NCBI GenBank assembly: GCA_963849325.1
Contig: CAWKHF010000012.1
Coordinates: forward strand, 1,280,001 to 1,344,000
DNA: 64,000 nt
Direction of reading: 5' to 3'
Source: an uncultured Planctomycetota bacterium
GTDB lineage: Bacteria > Planctomycetota > Planctomycetia > Gemmatales > Gemmataceae
The stretch's first letter is position 1. The number at the start of each line of letters is the position of its first letter. The notes under the pieces were generated by a model. That model was not told where the DNA came from, made no database searches, and worked only from the letters and a program-made list of their open reading frames with translations. A program made the position numbers and the translations under genes. Below, piece by piece: positions 11,605-24,400 of the stretch.

Positions 11605-11750
11605 GAGGTCGAACGGTTGTTTGACCTCAAATAAAGTACAAAGGCACCCTTTTTGCACTCTTTGGCAAGGAGGTAGGAGGTACAGGGTGTCGGCGGCCGG
11701 TACGACGCCCTCCAGGCCACTGTTCAGCCGGCCAAGCCAGAGGGTGAATC

Positions 11751-12329
11751 ATGACTACGGCAACACGATCCGCGGTCGTTGGCGTCTTCAACACGCGCGA
11801 ACAGGGACACCAGGCGGTCGAGGAGCTTCGTCGCGCCGGCTTCTCGGACCACCACATCACCATGGTGATGCATCACAACGAGGATGCGAAAGTCGAGATC
11901 ACCGACATGGACGCCGCCAAGGCGGCGCAAGTGTCCGGCGAGAGCAAGGCCGGCGAAGGCGCTCTGGCCGGCGCGATCGCCGGCGGGATTGGGGGAGGCG
12001 CCTTGGCCCTGGCGATTGGCCTGATCCCCGGTATTGGGCCTGTCCTGTCGTTTGGCACTCTGGCCGCCTCGGTCTTCGGCATCGGCGCCGCCATCGGGGC
12101 CACGGGGGGCGGCATCGTCGGTGCTCTGATCGGCCTGGATTTCCCGGAGGAGGATGCTCGATTCTACGAGCAGGAGTTGAAGGCCGGCCGCGTCCTGGTG
12201 GGTGTGCATGCGGGGGATCGAGCGGATGAGGCGCAAGCCATCCTCGACCGCACGGGCGGTTACCACGCTCAGACACCGAGGCGAGCGCCGGACACGGACG
12301 AGCTTCCGCCGCTCGCTACTCCGTACTAA
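11751..12329 (+). CDS. General stress protein-like (YflT/Gly-zipper type)
   Basis: VVGVF...AVEELRRAGF, GA..GAIAGGIGG, IPGIGPV, GALIGL.FPEEDARFYEQELKAGRVLV. Confidence 0.8.
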   Translation: MTTATRSAVVGVFNTREQGHQAVEELRRAGFSDHHITMVMHHNEDAKVEITDMDAAKAAQVSGESKAGEGALAGAIAGGIGGGALALAIGLIPGIGPVLSFGTLAASVFGIGAAIGATGGGIVGALIGLDFPEEDARFYEQELKAGRVLVGVHAGDRADEAQAILDRTGGYHAQTPRRAPDTDELPPLATPY

Positions 12330-12444
12330 AGACTTAACCACGGATAGGCTTTGCTCCTTTATTCCTGAAACTGGCAAGATAGCAAAATTGGGAAGCTGCC
12401 TGGCTTCACCACATTGCCATTTCGGGGAATAAAGGAGCAAAGCC

Positions 12445-12534
12445 CCACGGATAACACGGATAAAACGGATAAAAAGACAGAAGAACAAATCGATTCTTCT
12501 GTCTTTTTATCCGTTTTATCCGTGTTATCCGTGG
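12445..12534. repeat. Perfect inverted repeat, family E
   Basis: 41-bp arms ccacggataacacggataaaacggataaaaagacagaagaa with an 8-nt loop, between convergent genes. Confidence 0.92.
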
Positions 12535-12553
12535 TTTATTTAAAGGGGCAAGA

Positions 12554-13967
12554 TTACAGCAGTTCGGTGATCGGCTCGCCGTAAGGCAACATCGGCATCG
12601 GCCGCCCGCCGGGATCGAGGAAGGACGTGTTCGCGTAATCGATGCCGAGGTGGCGGAACATCGTCGCCCACAGGTCGTTGGGCGTCAGCGGTCGATCCTT
12701 GGGGTGCTCGCCCTTGGCGTTGGTCGAGCCGACCACCTGGCCGGTTCGCATGCCGCCGCCCGAGACGAGCAGCGACATCGCCTGCGGCCAGTGGTCGCGG
12801 CCCGGTTGCTCTACCTTGCTCTCTGTTCCCTTGGCGTAGCTGATGCGCGGCGTCCGGCCGAACTCGCCAGTGACGATGAGCAACACTTTGCGGTCCAGGC
12901 CGCGCGCGTACAGGTCCTCGATCAGCGCCGTCACCGCCCGGTCGTAGAGCGGGAAGCGGACCTTGGCGTCGTTGAAGAGGTGGCAGTTGACGGCGTGCGA
13001 GTCCCAGTTGTAGGTGCCGTCCTTGAGGAACGGCACGCCAGACTGATAGGGGTTCTCCAGCACCATCGTCACGAAACTGGCGCCGTGTTCGACCAGGCGG
13101 CGGGCCAGCAGCGCCCGCTGGCCCCAGGCGTGCATGCCATAGCGCTCGCGCAGTCGGATCGGCTCGCGCGACAGGTCGAACGCCTTGGCGGCGACATCGC
13201 TCGTCGCCAGCTCCAGGGCTTTGCCCCTGTAAGCGTCCATCGCCCCCATGCTGCCGCCGGCGTCGAGCTGCGCCGGCAAGGCGTCGAAGCGCCCGAGCAG
13301 CTCCAACCGCTCGCCGAGCCGGCCCCGCGCCTGCGGCGGCAACGAGACGTTTTTGACCTCGAACTTCGGCGAGCTGGGATCGCCGACGACCATGAACGGG
13401 TGCGTTGAGGGGCCGAGGTAAGCGGCGCCGAAGCTGTAAACGTCGATGCTGATCGCGGCCGGGGTCGGTGCCGGCGATGTAGTTGGGTACGCCGGCCTGC
13501 CGCTCCTGACGGGCTCGGGCGACCATCGAGCCGACCATCGGGTAGTCGTTGACGAAGCCGACCGGCGAGCGCGGATCGCGGCCGGTCAGGAAGCGTTTGT
13601 GGCCGCCGCCGTGGTCGGCGAACTGGTGAGCGATGGAGCGGACGAGGGTGAACTTGTCGGCGATGCGGGCGTGCAGGGGCAGCAGTTCGCACACGTCGAG
13701 GCCGGGAACGTTCGTGCGGATCGGCCGGAACGCGCCGCGGTACTCCGCCGGGGCGTCCGGCTTCATGTCGTAGGTCTCCATGTGCGGCGGCCCACCCGGC
13801 AGCCAGATGAGGATGACGGCGGTGTCGGGCGCCTTACCCGTCTCCGCCGCCTCCAGACGCAAGGGCAGCAGTCCGCGCACACCCATACCGCCCAGGGTGA
13901 GCGCACCCATTTGGAGGAAGCGGCGCCGGGTAAGAGGGCCGGGGCAGTGGAAAACAGCAGGACGCAT
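12554..13967 (-). CDS. DUF1501 domain protein, frameshift near 13450
   Basis: TRRRFLQ Tat-like leader, WLPGGPPHMETYDMKP, GEFGRTPRI, GRDHWP, GGGMRTGQVVGST. Confidence 0.9.
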
Positions 13968-14077
13968 GAGGAATCTCGGCAGGAGGGTCGATGGCGGGAG
14001 GGCGAGGTTCAATCTACTCCCAAGCTACGGGGCTGCCTGGGTCGTGTCAACTTCTTGTGCGAAGCCAAGCGGTCTTA

Positions 14078-14135
14078 CCGAGCCGCGACCGTTAGGGAGC
14101 GGGGCTTTCTCCGCTCCCTAACGGTCGCGGCTCGG
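14078..14135. repeat. REP-like palindrome, family A
   Basis: ccgagccgcgaccgttagggagcgg / ccgctccctaacggtcgcggctcgg, 25-bp arms. Confidence 0.92.
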
Positions 14136-15534
14136 CTTGGTCCGCTAGGAGAGCCTTCTGCACACATTCGATCAGTAAGGCTTCTTGATGCGCGAAAATC
14201 GTGCGGACGTCGAGTACCAGCTTGCCATCGCGCAGACGGGCCATGACGGCAGGCGTTCCCAGACGCAGACGGCGAGCCAACTCGGCATCGCGGAGAATGG
14301 CGGCTTCGACTTCGACCACCCAGGAGGTCATGGCCTGGTCCGGCAGCGAACCTCCGCCGGCATAGGCGACGTCCTCAGCCGCCTTCACCGACGCTAGGCC
14401 GGCGAGGCCGCGCAGGCGCTCGGCCAGTGCCTCGGCCCGCCGGCGCAGCTCGTCGAGTGGCGTGCCGAGCATGCGCAGCACCGGCACGTCGCGCAAGCGC
14501 GCGTTCCTCGTGGAGATATAGCCGCAATGTCGCTTCGAGGGCCGCCAGCGTCATCTTATCGAGGCGAAAAGCGCGCATGAGGGGGTCTTTCTCGATCCGC
14601 TCGACCCAGTCGCGTCGGCCGGCGATGATGCCGGCTTGCGGCCCGCCGAGCAGCTTGTCGCCGCTGAACAGGACCAGATCGGCGCCCGCCGCGATGCTCG
14701 CCCGCGCCATCGGCTCATCCTGGAAGCCGAAACGCGCGAAGTCCAGCAAGGCGCCGCTGCCGATGTCGTCGATCACCGGCAGGCCGTGCTTGCGTCCCAA
14801 CTCCGCCAGGTCCGTCAGCGCCACGGAGTTCGTGAAGCCGGAGATGCGATAGTTGCTCGAATGGACCCGTAGCAAGGCGCCGGTGTTCGGGCCGATGGCG
14901 CGCTCGTAGTCGGCCAGGCGCGTGATGTTGGTAGTGCCGACCTCGCGCAGCACGGCGCCGCTGACGGCCATGATCTCAGGGATGCGGAAGCTGCCGCCGA
15001 TCTCGATGAGCTGGCCGCGCAGAGGACGACTTCCTTGCCCGCCGCCACGGTTCGCAGCACGATGACCGTGGCCGCGGCGTTGTTGTTGACCGCCGTGGCC
15101 GACTCGGCGCCGGTCAACCGGCACAACCAATCGCGGATGGAGATTTGTCGGGAGGAACGTTTGCCGCTGTCGAGATCGAGTTCCAGGTTGAGATAGCCGC
15201 GCGCCGCTTCGTAGGCCGCCTTCGCCGCCTCTTCCGCGATCGGCGACCGGCCAAGGTTCGTGTGCAGAACGATGCCCGTGGCGTTGAGGACCGTCCGAAG
15301 TTTGGGGCGTAATTCGCGGACCAGGCGCTCGGCCACGCGCTCCGCCACGACCTCCACTCGCGCCTGTCCATCGATGGTCTCCCCCCGGCCCAGACGACAG
15401 CGCAAATCGTCTAACTCGATGCGGATGGCGGCGACAATCCGATCGTGTCCATGTTGAAGGGCCAACGCCTGGACGGCCGGCGCCGTCAGGATCTCGTTGA
15501 CCGAAGGGAGATGCCGTAAGGGATTGTCCACCAT
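14092..15534 (-). CDS. selA: L-seryl-tRNA(Sec) selenium transferase, two frameshifts
   Basis: [59 protein letters not shown]. Confidence 0.95.
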
Positions 15535-15592
15535 AACTGAATCTCGACTGACGGTCTGCCCTAAAGAACTAGTCTGGCCCATAAAGAACCTA

Positions 15593-17510
15593 TTAGGCCG
15601 AAGGCGATAAGCGGAGGTCGCCCTCGCGTCTCGTGACTCCGATCCGGTCCAGGTATTCGCACAGCGGCACGGCGTATTTCCGCGTCGTTCCGAGCATATC
15701 GCGGATATCCGCCACCGTCAGCGCCGCGCCTTCCGCGAGCCGTTGCGTCACCCGGCGGCGCATGTCGGCTTCCACGTCGGAATGAATATAAACGCCCTCT
15801 GTTATATGTATTAAGTGGCCCTCGGCGACGCAGACGCCGAGCAGATCGTCGAGGTTGGCCGCGTTGCCGCCTGCTTGTCCGGCGAAGCTGCTCGGCTCCG
15901 GCGGTTGGAAGCGCGCCTCCTGATACGCCGCCACCAGCTTGTCCTTGAGCTTGCGCAGGTTGGCGCTCAGCTTCGGCTTGAATTCGGCTCGGCCGATGCG
16001 GCGCAGGTCGCCCACCAGTTTCTTCGCCGCGATCAGCCGATCCACGGCCGCATGGACCAGCGCCTCATCGCCGACGTAATCGAGCTGCGACTGCACTTTC
16101 TGGCGGTCGTGCGTGGACATGAGGGGAAACTGGTCGTGCAGTCGATCGAGAGCGGTTCGGATGCGCTCTTCCAACTCGTGGACCATGTCTTTATGCAAGA
16201 GAAGTCGGCGGGCCGTGCTGATGACCACGTCCACTAACTCGCCCTGCTCCTTGAGCTGAGACACCAACTTCGCCGCCTCGTCCGGGCCGACGTTGGCGCC
16301 GCGCACCAGGTCCGGCAGTGTGAAGCCGGCGAAGGCGCCGAACCACGCCACGGTCAGCACCCGCTCGCGGGCGTCGCCGCTCCACAAGCGTTCGATGCGT
16401 TCGAGCATCTCGATGTGCCGCCGACGGATCTTGCGCGCCACCGGCTGCAACACCTGGCCGCCGCCGAGCGTCTGCGCCGCCGACGATTCGCGGACGACAA
16501 ACGGCTGGCCCCAGATGCCCGTCGCCGGCTCGTCGAGGAACACTTGCGCCAGTCCCCACTGACCCGGCTCGATGGCGTCGGCGTCGAGCAGCGACGACCG
16601 CGCCCATGATCTCGGACGTACCGAGGTGGAAGCGCACCGGCATGCGGTGTTTGATCGGCCGTTTCATGTCGGCCAGGCAGTGCAGGCGAACCGTCAGCAC
16701 GCGCGACGGCACCAGATAGCCCGGTGTCGCCAATTCCTGACCGCGGACCACATCGTCGTGATGAACGCCGGCGAGATTGATCGCCGCCCGCTGGCCGCGG
16801 TGCAATTCCTCGACGGCCTGGTCGTGATTCTGCAAGGAGCGCACGCGCACCCGCTCGCCGCGCGGCAGCCATTCCACCTCGTCGCCCACGCGCAGACTGC
16901 CCGACGTCACCGAGCCGGTCACGATCGTGCCGTGGCCCTGCACGATGAACGAGCGATCGATCGCCAGGCGAAACCACTGCCGTCCCTGTCGCTCTTCGAC
17001 CTGCCGGCAGGCGTCGGCGAGGGCCGTCTTCAACTCCGCGACGCCCTGCCCGCTGGGAGCCGACGTGGCGATGATCGGGGCATTCTCCAGGAACGTGCCG
17101 CGCACCAGGTCGCGGACCTCCAACTCGACGACCTCGCGCGTCGTCTCATCGACGAGGTCGCACTTGGTCAGGGCGATGACGCCGTGTCGCAGTCCGAGCA
17201 GGCGCAGGATCTCCAAGTGCTCGCGCGTCTGCGGCATGACCGAGTCGTCGGCCGCCACCATGAGCACGGCCAGGTCGATGCCGGTGGCGCCGGCCAGCAT
17301 GTTCTTGACGAAACGCTCGTGGCCGGGCACGTCCACGATGCCGAGGCGGAAGGGCGGCAGATCGAGGATGGCGAAGCCGATGTCGATGGTGATGCCGCGG
17401 GCCTTCTCTTCCGGTAGGCGATCGCAGTCGATGCCGGTCAGCGCCTTGACCAGGGAAGTTTTGCCGTGGTCGATGTGTCCGGCCGTGCCGAGGATGAGGT
17501 CGCGGGTCAT
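15593..17510 (-). CDS. selB: Selenocysteine-specific elongation factor, frameshift near 16590
   Basis: [29 protein letters not shown]-terminal [26 protein letters not shown]. Confidence 0.96.
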
Positions 17511-17612
17511 GGTTTGCTTCTCTTGCCCTGGAGCGTCCTCCTATTGTAACCTGACACGGCGGGAAGCGTGTAGTCGCTCAGGTCGTATCACCCAGAACGG
17601 AAGGAGATGGTC

Positions 17613-17846
17613 ATGGCACAAGGGAGATTGGAAGAACGGGTCGTGGAGTTGGAAAAGGAAATCGCGGCCTTGAAGACGCAGGTTGCGGCGCTAACGAAGC
17701 CGACGGACTGGCGCAGCGTCGCCGGCATGTTCGACGGCGATGAAGTGATGCAGCGCATCTTCGACAATGCACGCAAGATTCGAGAAGAGGACCGTCGACG
17801 GACCCGACCGAAAGCGTCACAAAACAAACGGCGAACGCGGCCATGA
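17613..17846 (+). CDS. Putative antitoxin
   Basis: [37 protein letters not shown] overlap with the PIN gene. Confidence 0.7.
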   Translation: MAQGRLEERVVELEKEIAALKTQVAALTKPTDWRSVAGMFDGDEVMQRIFDNARKIREEDRRRTRPKASQNKRRTRP

Positions 17847-18271
17847 TTCTACTGGATACGGATCATTTAACGATCTTGGCCATTCCACGAAGTGAACGGC
17901 ACACCCATCTGAGAGCACGCATGGCCGCTTCGGGCGATCAAGATTTTGTCATCACCATTGTAAACGCCGAGGAACAACTGCGCGGATGGCTCGCCGAAAT
18001 CAAACGTCAAAAGACACCGCATAAGCAGGTTCCTCCTTACGGGCGTCTCCAAGGCTTGTTGGCCTTTCTGCGACCGTTCTCTTTGCTTGCGTTTGACGAA
18101 AGTGCCGCCAACGAGTTCGAGAGGCTGCGGCGGATGAAAGTGCGCATCGGCAGTTCGGATCTGAAAATCGCCTGTATCGCCCTTGTTCACAAGGTACGCC
18201 TTTTATCGGCGAACCTGCGCGACTTCCGCCAGGTGCCGGGCCTGCAAGTCGAAAACGGGTTACACGAGTGA
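17843..18271 (+). CDS. vapC: PIN-domain (VapC family) toxin
   Basis: [40 protein letters not shown]. Confidence 0.88.
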   Translation: MILLDTDHLTILAIPRSERHTHLRARMAASGDQDFVITIVNAEEQLRGWLAEIKRQKTPHKQVPPYGRLQGLLAFLRPFSLLAFDESAANEFERLRRMKVRIGSSDLKIACIALVHKVRLLSANLRDFRQVPGLQVENGLHE

Positions 18272-18287
18272 TTCGGGAGATGAATTG

Positions 18288-18878
18288 ATGCTGGGAACCA
18301 AACTCGATGTTCGGCCGTTCATGGAGCGAGTGGCGCACGAGCTGATGCAAGTCGATCCGGCTCAGATCAAGGCGTTGGCCGACGCCATGTACGATTGCTA
18401 CGAGCACGGTCGTTTCATCTTCGTGTGCGGCAACGGCGGCAGCGGCTCCAACGCCTCACACTTTTGCGAGGACATCGGCAAGGGCACCCTGCGCCGCGAG
18501 GACTTCGACAACGACCACAAGAAGCGCATGCGCATCCTCAGCCTGACCGACAACACCCCGTATATCCTGGCCTGGGGCAACGACGAGGGTTTCGAGCGCG
18601 TTTTCGTCGAGCAACTGAAAAACCTGGCCAGTCCCGGCGACCTGCTCCTCGCCGTCAGTGGTTCGGGCAACAGTCCGAACATCTTGCGTGCCGTCGAGTG
18701 GGCCAACACGCACGGCCTGAAGACGTTCGGCTGCACCGGCTTTTCCGGTGGCAAGCTGCGCACGCTGGCGCAACACAACCTGCACGTCCCCCTCGACGAC
18801 ATGGGCATCGTCGAGTCGATCCACCTGACGGCGTTCCACTGGATCGTGGACGACCTGCACCGGCGGATCTCTCTCTGA
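18288..18878 (+). CDS. SIS-domain phosphosugar isomerase (GmhA-like)
   Basis: [37 protein letters not shown]. Confidence 0.88.
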   Translation: MLGTKLDVRPFMERVAHELMQVDPAQIKALADAMYDCYEHGRFIFVCGNGGSGSNASHFCEDIGKGTLRREDFDNDHKKRMRILSLTDNTPYILAWGNDEGFERVFVEQLKNLASPGDLLLAVSGSGNSPNILRAVEWANTHGLKTFGCTGFSGGKLRTLAQHNLHVPLDDMGIVESIHLTAFHWIVDDLHRRISL

Positions 18879-18887
18879 GAGGGGCGC

Positions 18888-19844
18888 ATGTGGCTCGGCA
18901 TCGAAATCGGCGGCACGAAACTGCAGCTCGGCGTCGGACCCGATGACGGCGCGCTGCGCGGATTGTGGCGCGGCCCGGTCGATGTCGCCGCCGGCCCGGA
19001 GGGCATTCGCCGCCAGATCGTCGCGGCTGTGCCGGAGTTGATCGCCAGGGCGGGAATCGAGCGCGGCGAACTGCGCGGCATCGGCATCGGCTTCGGCGGC
19101 CCGGTGGACGATGCCACGCACACGGTCATCACGTCGCATCAAATTGAGGGTTGGGACGGATTTCCGCTGGCCGACTGGATCGCGGAGATGCTCGACCTGC
19201 CGGCGGCCCTCGGCAATGACGCCGACGTGGCGGGGTTAGCCGAGGCGCTGCATGGGGCCGGGAAGGGACTATCGCCGATCTTTTATATCACGATTGGGTC
19301 GGGCATTGGTGGCGGCTTCATCATCAACGGCGAGATTTATCGCGGCTGCGGACGCGGAGCGGCGGAGATCGGCCATCTGCGAATCGCGGCCATCTTGCGG
19401 AACCAAGAGAGCGTAATTCGCCCTCTCGAAGACTGGGCCTCCGGTTGGTCGATTGCCCGCAATGCGGAAAACCTCTTAGCTTTCTTCAAAGCTCCGCCAG
19501 ATCGAGTCGTTGATCTGGCAGGCGAGGGGCGGATTACAGCTCAGACAATAGCTCAGGCTGCGGAACAAGGCGATGCGACAGCTCAGAACCTACTGGCTTT
19601 CACGCGGGATGCACTCGCGGAAGGGATCTGTCATGTCATCACGCTGTTGTGCCCGCAGTGCATTGTCATTGGCGGCGGTGTCTCTTTGATGGGTGAAAAG
19701 TTGCTGTTTGAACCCTTGCGTCAACTCATCGCCGAGCGGGTCTTCAAACCCTTCGCCGGCCTGACGGACATCGTACCGGCGACCCTCGGTGAGGAAGTGG
19801 TGGTACACGGGGCCATCGCACTGGCCCGCAAGCGGCTCGGATAA
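18888..19844 (+). CDS. ROK family sugar kinase
   Basis: GIEIGGTK, GIGFGGP, NDAD, TIGSGIGGG, AAEIGH. Confidence 0.9.
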   Translation: MWLGIEIGGTKLQLGVGPDDGALRGLWRGPVDVAAGPEGIRRQIVAAVPELIARAGIERGELRGIGIGFGGPVDDATHTVITSHQIEGWDGFPLADWIAEMLDLPAALGNDADVAGLAEALHGAGKGLSPIFYITIGSGIGGGFIINGEIYRGCGRGAAEIGHLRIAAILRNQESVIRPLEDWASGWSIARNAENLLAFFKAPPDRVVDLAGEGRITAQTIAQAAEQGDATAQNLLAFTRDALAEGICHVITLLCPQCIVIGGGVSLMGEKLLFEPLRQLIAERVFKPFAGLTDIVPATLGEEVVVHGAIALARKRLG

Positions 19845-21396
19845 TCACGGCTTTGCGGCGGCCTCGCCTCGCGCCGCCACCATCGCCATTTCCTCCATCA
19901 TCTGCTTCTCGCTCCATCCTTGCTCATGTCCCCGTCCGACGGCGAAAGTGATCTTGCCCTCATACGGCGGCTTCGCTGCGCAAGAATTCGTCGAGTCGGT
20001 GTACCGCATTGTTGAGGAAATACTCGTCGGCCTCGCCGACCCAGATGCGGAGCTTGCTGCGCAGCTTCGGGCCGAGCGTCTTCCAGTTCGTTTGCAGCAC
20101 CAGCCGTAAATCATACTGCTTCCAGTGCTCGATCGCATCGCGGTCGATTCGGCCGGTGACGCCGTCCCACAGCGGACGCGGCAGGCCATCGCGGCCGCGC
20201 GGACCAAAGACGGCGTTCCAGGCGCCCCAGTCCCGACCCGACAACTCCCAGCGCCCGCCGCGGCCGAGCACGCGCTCGATTTGACATTCGTGCCGCACCG
20301 TGTAGCGAACGTCGCCGTTACGCTCGCGCGCGGCAGGGCGCTCGAAACCGTGGACGTTCACATAGACATTCTCGTCCTCATAAATGTTGATGAGTTCATA
20401 CGCCCGAAAATCGACCGGATCGGGAGCGTGCGACCAGGCGCCATTGAAGAAGTCCGGGTAGAAGACCTGCAAGGCCAGCGACACCCAGCCACCCGTGGAG
20501 GCGCCGTCCAGCACCCGCGCGGATGGCCGGCCGATGGCGCGGAACTTCCGCTCGACGTGGGGAACCAGCTCCTGCGTAACGGCGTCGCCGTAAGGGCCGT
20601 TGTTGGCGGAGTTGACTTGGTACGGATCGCCGTAAGGCCCGGCACCGTCGAGGTGCAGCAGGATCATCCTCGGCGTATCGTCGGCCAACCACGTTTTGCG
20701 GAAGTCAGAGTCCGCGTGCATCATGTCCTTCACGGCCGTGTAGCGCGTGCCATAGCCGCCGATGTGGATGCGCAACGGATAACGCCGTTCGCGCTCGCGC
20801 TGGTAATCGCGTGGCAGAATGACGCCGGCACGCAGATACATCGGCCGGCCGTGAAACCGGCTCAGCAATTCCGAGCGGAGCTTGACGTACTTGACGTACT
20901 CGTCCTCCTCGGGCAGTTCCTCGGGCGGGACCTTGCGCGTCAGTTCGATCTTCACCGTGCCGCCGCGCAGCGGGTCGAGCTTGACGGCGAGCGGATCGCT
21001 GTAGAGGTTGTCCGGGGCGTCCGTCCGCTGCAGATCGCGGTTGACGTCGAAGACGGCCTGCACGAAGTACTCGCCTTTGGGCAGGTCGGCCAGATGTTTG
21101 ATGGGAGAGAGGAGGGCCGTCTGGTCGATCGCGGCGGTGACGCCGGGAGCGAAGCCGTACACGTCGCGGCCGAGGATTGGCGGCGCTTTCCGGCCCGTTT
21201 GGCCGATCGCGCGGCGCGGCGCGGGGTTTTTCTCGCGGTCGAGGACGAGGATCAAGCGGCCGTCCCGTGGGTCCGGCAAAAGCTCCTTCGCCACCGTCAC
21301 CTCAAAGCGCAGCGATGTGGACGGGGCGCTCCGGTCGCAGCTCGCGGCGACAAGTGGAAGGAACAGTAACAGCACGGCGGAGCGTCTTCGCGTCAT
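19845..21396 (-). CDS. Alpha/beta-hydrolase-fold esterase-like lipoprotein, probable frameshift near 19975
   Basis: Lipobox-like VAASC; GASTGG nucleophile elbow; VGEADEYFL; C-terminus continues in the 19845..20207 frame. Confidence 0.75.
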
Positions 21397-21433
21397 GGCG
21401 GCATTCCTCGTCTTGTGGACGACGACGCCTAGC

Positions 21434-24400
21434 CTACTTCAATCCCGCCAGGAACTCCACCAGATCGCGTATCTCCGAGCGAGATAGGTGCTTGGTCAAA
21501 TCGTCCGGCATCGCCGACTTGCCGGTCTCGCGCTCCTCGATTTCGTCCTTGGGCACGACGAGGAGTTGCCCCTCGGCCGTCATCAGTCGGACCTCGCGGA
21601 CGTCCTCCGACTTGAGTACGCCCGTGCAGCCCTTGCCGCTCTTGAGCGTCAGTACCACCGTGTCGAAGCCCTTGGCGATCTGCTTGTTCGGCGCGACGAT
21701 CGACTCCAGCAAGTAATCGCGTTTCTGCCGGGCACCGACGCCCGTAAGGTCGGGGCCAACGTCGCCGCCGACACCGTGGACCTTGTGACAACGCAGGCAC
21801 GAGACCTCGGCCTTGGCGAGGAAGATGCGCCGACCCGCCTCGGCGTCGCCGCCCACCAGGACGTCTTGATAGGGACTTAGCGGATCGTTCTTAACCGCTG
21901 TAGCCTCATATCGTTTCAATCGATCCTTGATGGCCGGTGTCGGATGCCGTTCGGCCGCGTCCACGAGATCGAGCCGTGCCTCCGCCGGCACCTGGCCGGC
22001 CAGCAACTTATCGAGCCACTTCGACAACTCGGACTCGACGCGCGGCCCCTTCATTTCCCCCAGGATCGCAAAGGCGCCCTGGCGCTCGCTCATCGAACCG
22101 TTCTCCAACGCACGACCGAGTTCGGTCAGCGCCTCCTCGGGCCGAGCGTGGGCGAGTAAGCGACGGCCCTCGGTGCGCACGCGCGGGTCGGCGTCTTTCA
22201 GGGCCGAGTGCATCGCCTTGTCCAGGCTGCCGTCGTGTAGCGACTCCAGCGCCCGCAGCGCCTCGACGCGCATGGCGGCCGGCCGCTTGCCGTCGGCGGC
22301 CAGGGCGAAGAGGACCGGACCTACCTCCTTGACGCCGAGGCTGGCAGCAACCTTGGTCGCTTCCTGTCGGACTGCGTTGGGACCGGCGAAGATGCCGGCC
22401 AGCGAGTGCTTGATCGCCTCCGTGGCGATCTTCGCGTCACGCGGATGGAGATCCTGCGTCAGGCCGGTGACACGGTTGCGCCGCGGCGGCTGCGCCCACA
22501 AACCGAGCAACTTCAGCGCCTCGACGCGCATCTTCTCCGGGGCGTCGGGGCGGGCGGCGTAGGCGGCCAGGGCTGTGGCATTCTCGGTCTGTCCCAGGCG
22601 GAAATGGGAGTTCAGCGCCCGCAGGACGAACGCTTCCGGCATCCCCGGCCGGTGGAGTCGTTCCGCCAACGGCTTGCCTGCGAGCGGGTCATCCGCCAAC
22701 GAGTCATGGAGGACGCGCGCCGCTTCCACGGCGATCCGCGGTTCCGGATCATCCAGAAACGGCCACACGACAGGACTTTTCTTGTGCCGCAGGGCGAGAA
22801 CGGCGGCCAGACGCACGGACGCGGAGGGATGCTTGACCGCGTTCACCAGCTTCTGGCCATGATGGAGAGCCATCACTCGCGCGGCGGCGTGACGCAGGTA
22901 GGGGTCGCGGCCGGCGTTGTCTTCCAACAGACGCACGACGGCGTCCCACATTTTGTCCTCGCCTTGCTTGAATTGGAAACGAGCCGGACGTAGGGTCAGC
23001 GACAGGGCCGCCTGGAAACGAACGCGCGGCTCCGGATCATGGAGCAGAGGCACGAGAACCTGCGATTCCGCTTCCTTCAACCAGCCGAACGCGCGCGCCG
23101 TTTGGCGACGCACCTCCGCATCGGGGTCGGCCAGAAGTAATCGCAGCGTTTCAACCACTTTCTCGCCACGGCGGCCGAGTTGCCCCAAGCCCCAGATTGC
23201 GTGCAGTCGGGCGAGAGAATTCTTCTCCTCCTTCGCCACTTTCGCCAGCAGAGGTATCGATGCCGTTCCCCGGTCGGCCAAGGCGAACTGCGCTTCCTGC
23301 CGTACGCGCAGGTCGGCATGTCCCAGCAGTTGGACCAACTCCGCATCGGGGCGGCGCTCGAACCCTTCGGCTAGGAGTTTTTTCACTTCGGCGACGGCCG
23401 GCTTCTTCGCCGCCTCCGCGTCGGCGAAGCGATAGATGCGGCCCTTGCCGGTCAGACCCCAGCCCTGGACCCAATCGCTGACGTAAAAGCCGCCGTCCGG
23501 CCCGAAGTCGCAATCGGTGGCCAGAATCGACCCGATGTATTCGTGACCGTCGGCGACTTCATACGACGCCCCTTTCGGCTTGACGGCGAAAGAGTAAAGG
23601 CTGCTGCCGCCAGCGTTGCCGCGAAAGTCGCAAACGAAGAAGTGATCGGCGTAACGCGGCGGCAGCGCCGTCGCCCCATAGTTGAAGCAGAAGCCGGATG
23701 GGCCGGAGGTGATGTGCGCCAGCGGCGGCACGACGTAGGCCGGTTGCTCCGGGTTGGGCAGGTGCCAGATTTTCTCGGCGTTCCACGGGCCGCGGTTGCC
23801 GAAGTCGCTGCCGTACTGGTAGCCGGTGCGCCAACCGCTGTCGCCGCCCTCGACGACTTGGACGAGCCGGGCGCGGTCGCCGGAGTCACTGTTGTTGTCC
23901 ACCGTGAACAGGTCGCCGTGAGCGTTGAAGGCCAGTTCTTGCGGGTTGCGCAGCCCGATGTGTACTACCTCCAGGTTCGAGCCGTCCGGCTCGCAGCGCA
24001 GCACGGCGCCGGTATCCGGGTAGAAGAGCGTCGTACACTCCTTCGTTCGCACGTTCAGGCCACGGTCGCCGATGGAGAAATAGAGCAAGCCATCCGGCCC
24101 CATGCGCAGACCGTGCATGTCGTGACCGACGAAGGCGACGTGAACGCCGAAGCCGGTCGCCAGCGAACGCCGCACGTCGGCCTGTCCGTTCCCCTTCGTG
24201 TCGCGCAGCAGCCACAGGTCGGGGATACAGGTGTAATAGACGCCGCCCTTGTGGGCCAGCACGCCGGCGCCGAGGCCGTCGGCGGCGTGATGGAAGCCGT
24301 CGGCGAACACCATCGCTCGGTCGGCGACGCCTGCTCCCTTCGTGTCCTCAAGGAGACGAATGCGGTCGTGCTCGGTCTCGTAAGTCCGAAACTGGTCCTT

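Noticed and set aside
13970-17610. tRNA-Sec (selC) or other tRNA/rRNA near selAB
   Set aside because: No cloverleaf or T-arm/CCA signature recognised in the flanking intergenic DNA; a covariance search would be needed to exclude it fully
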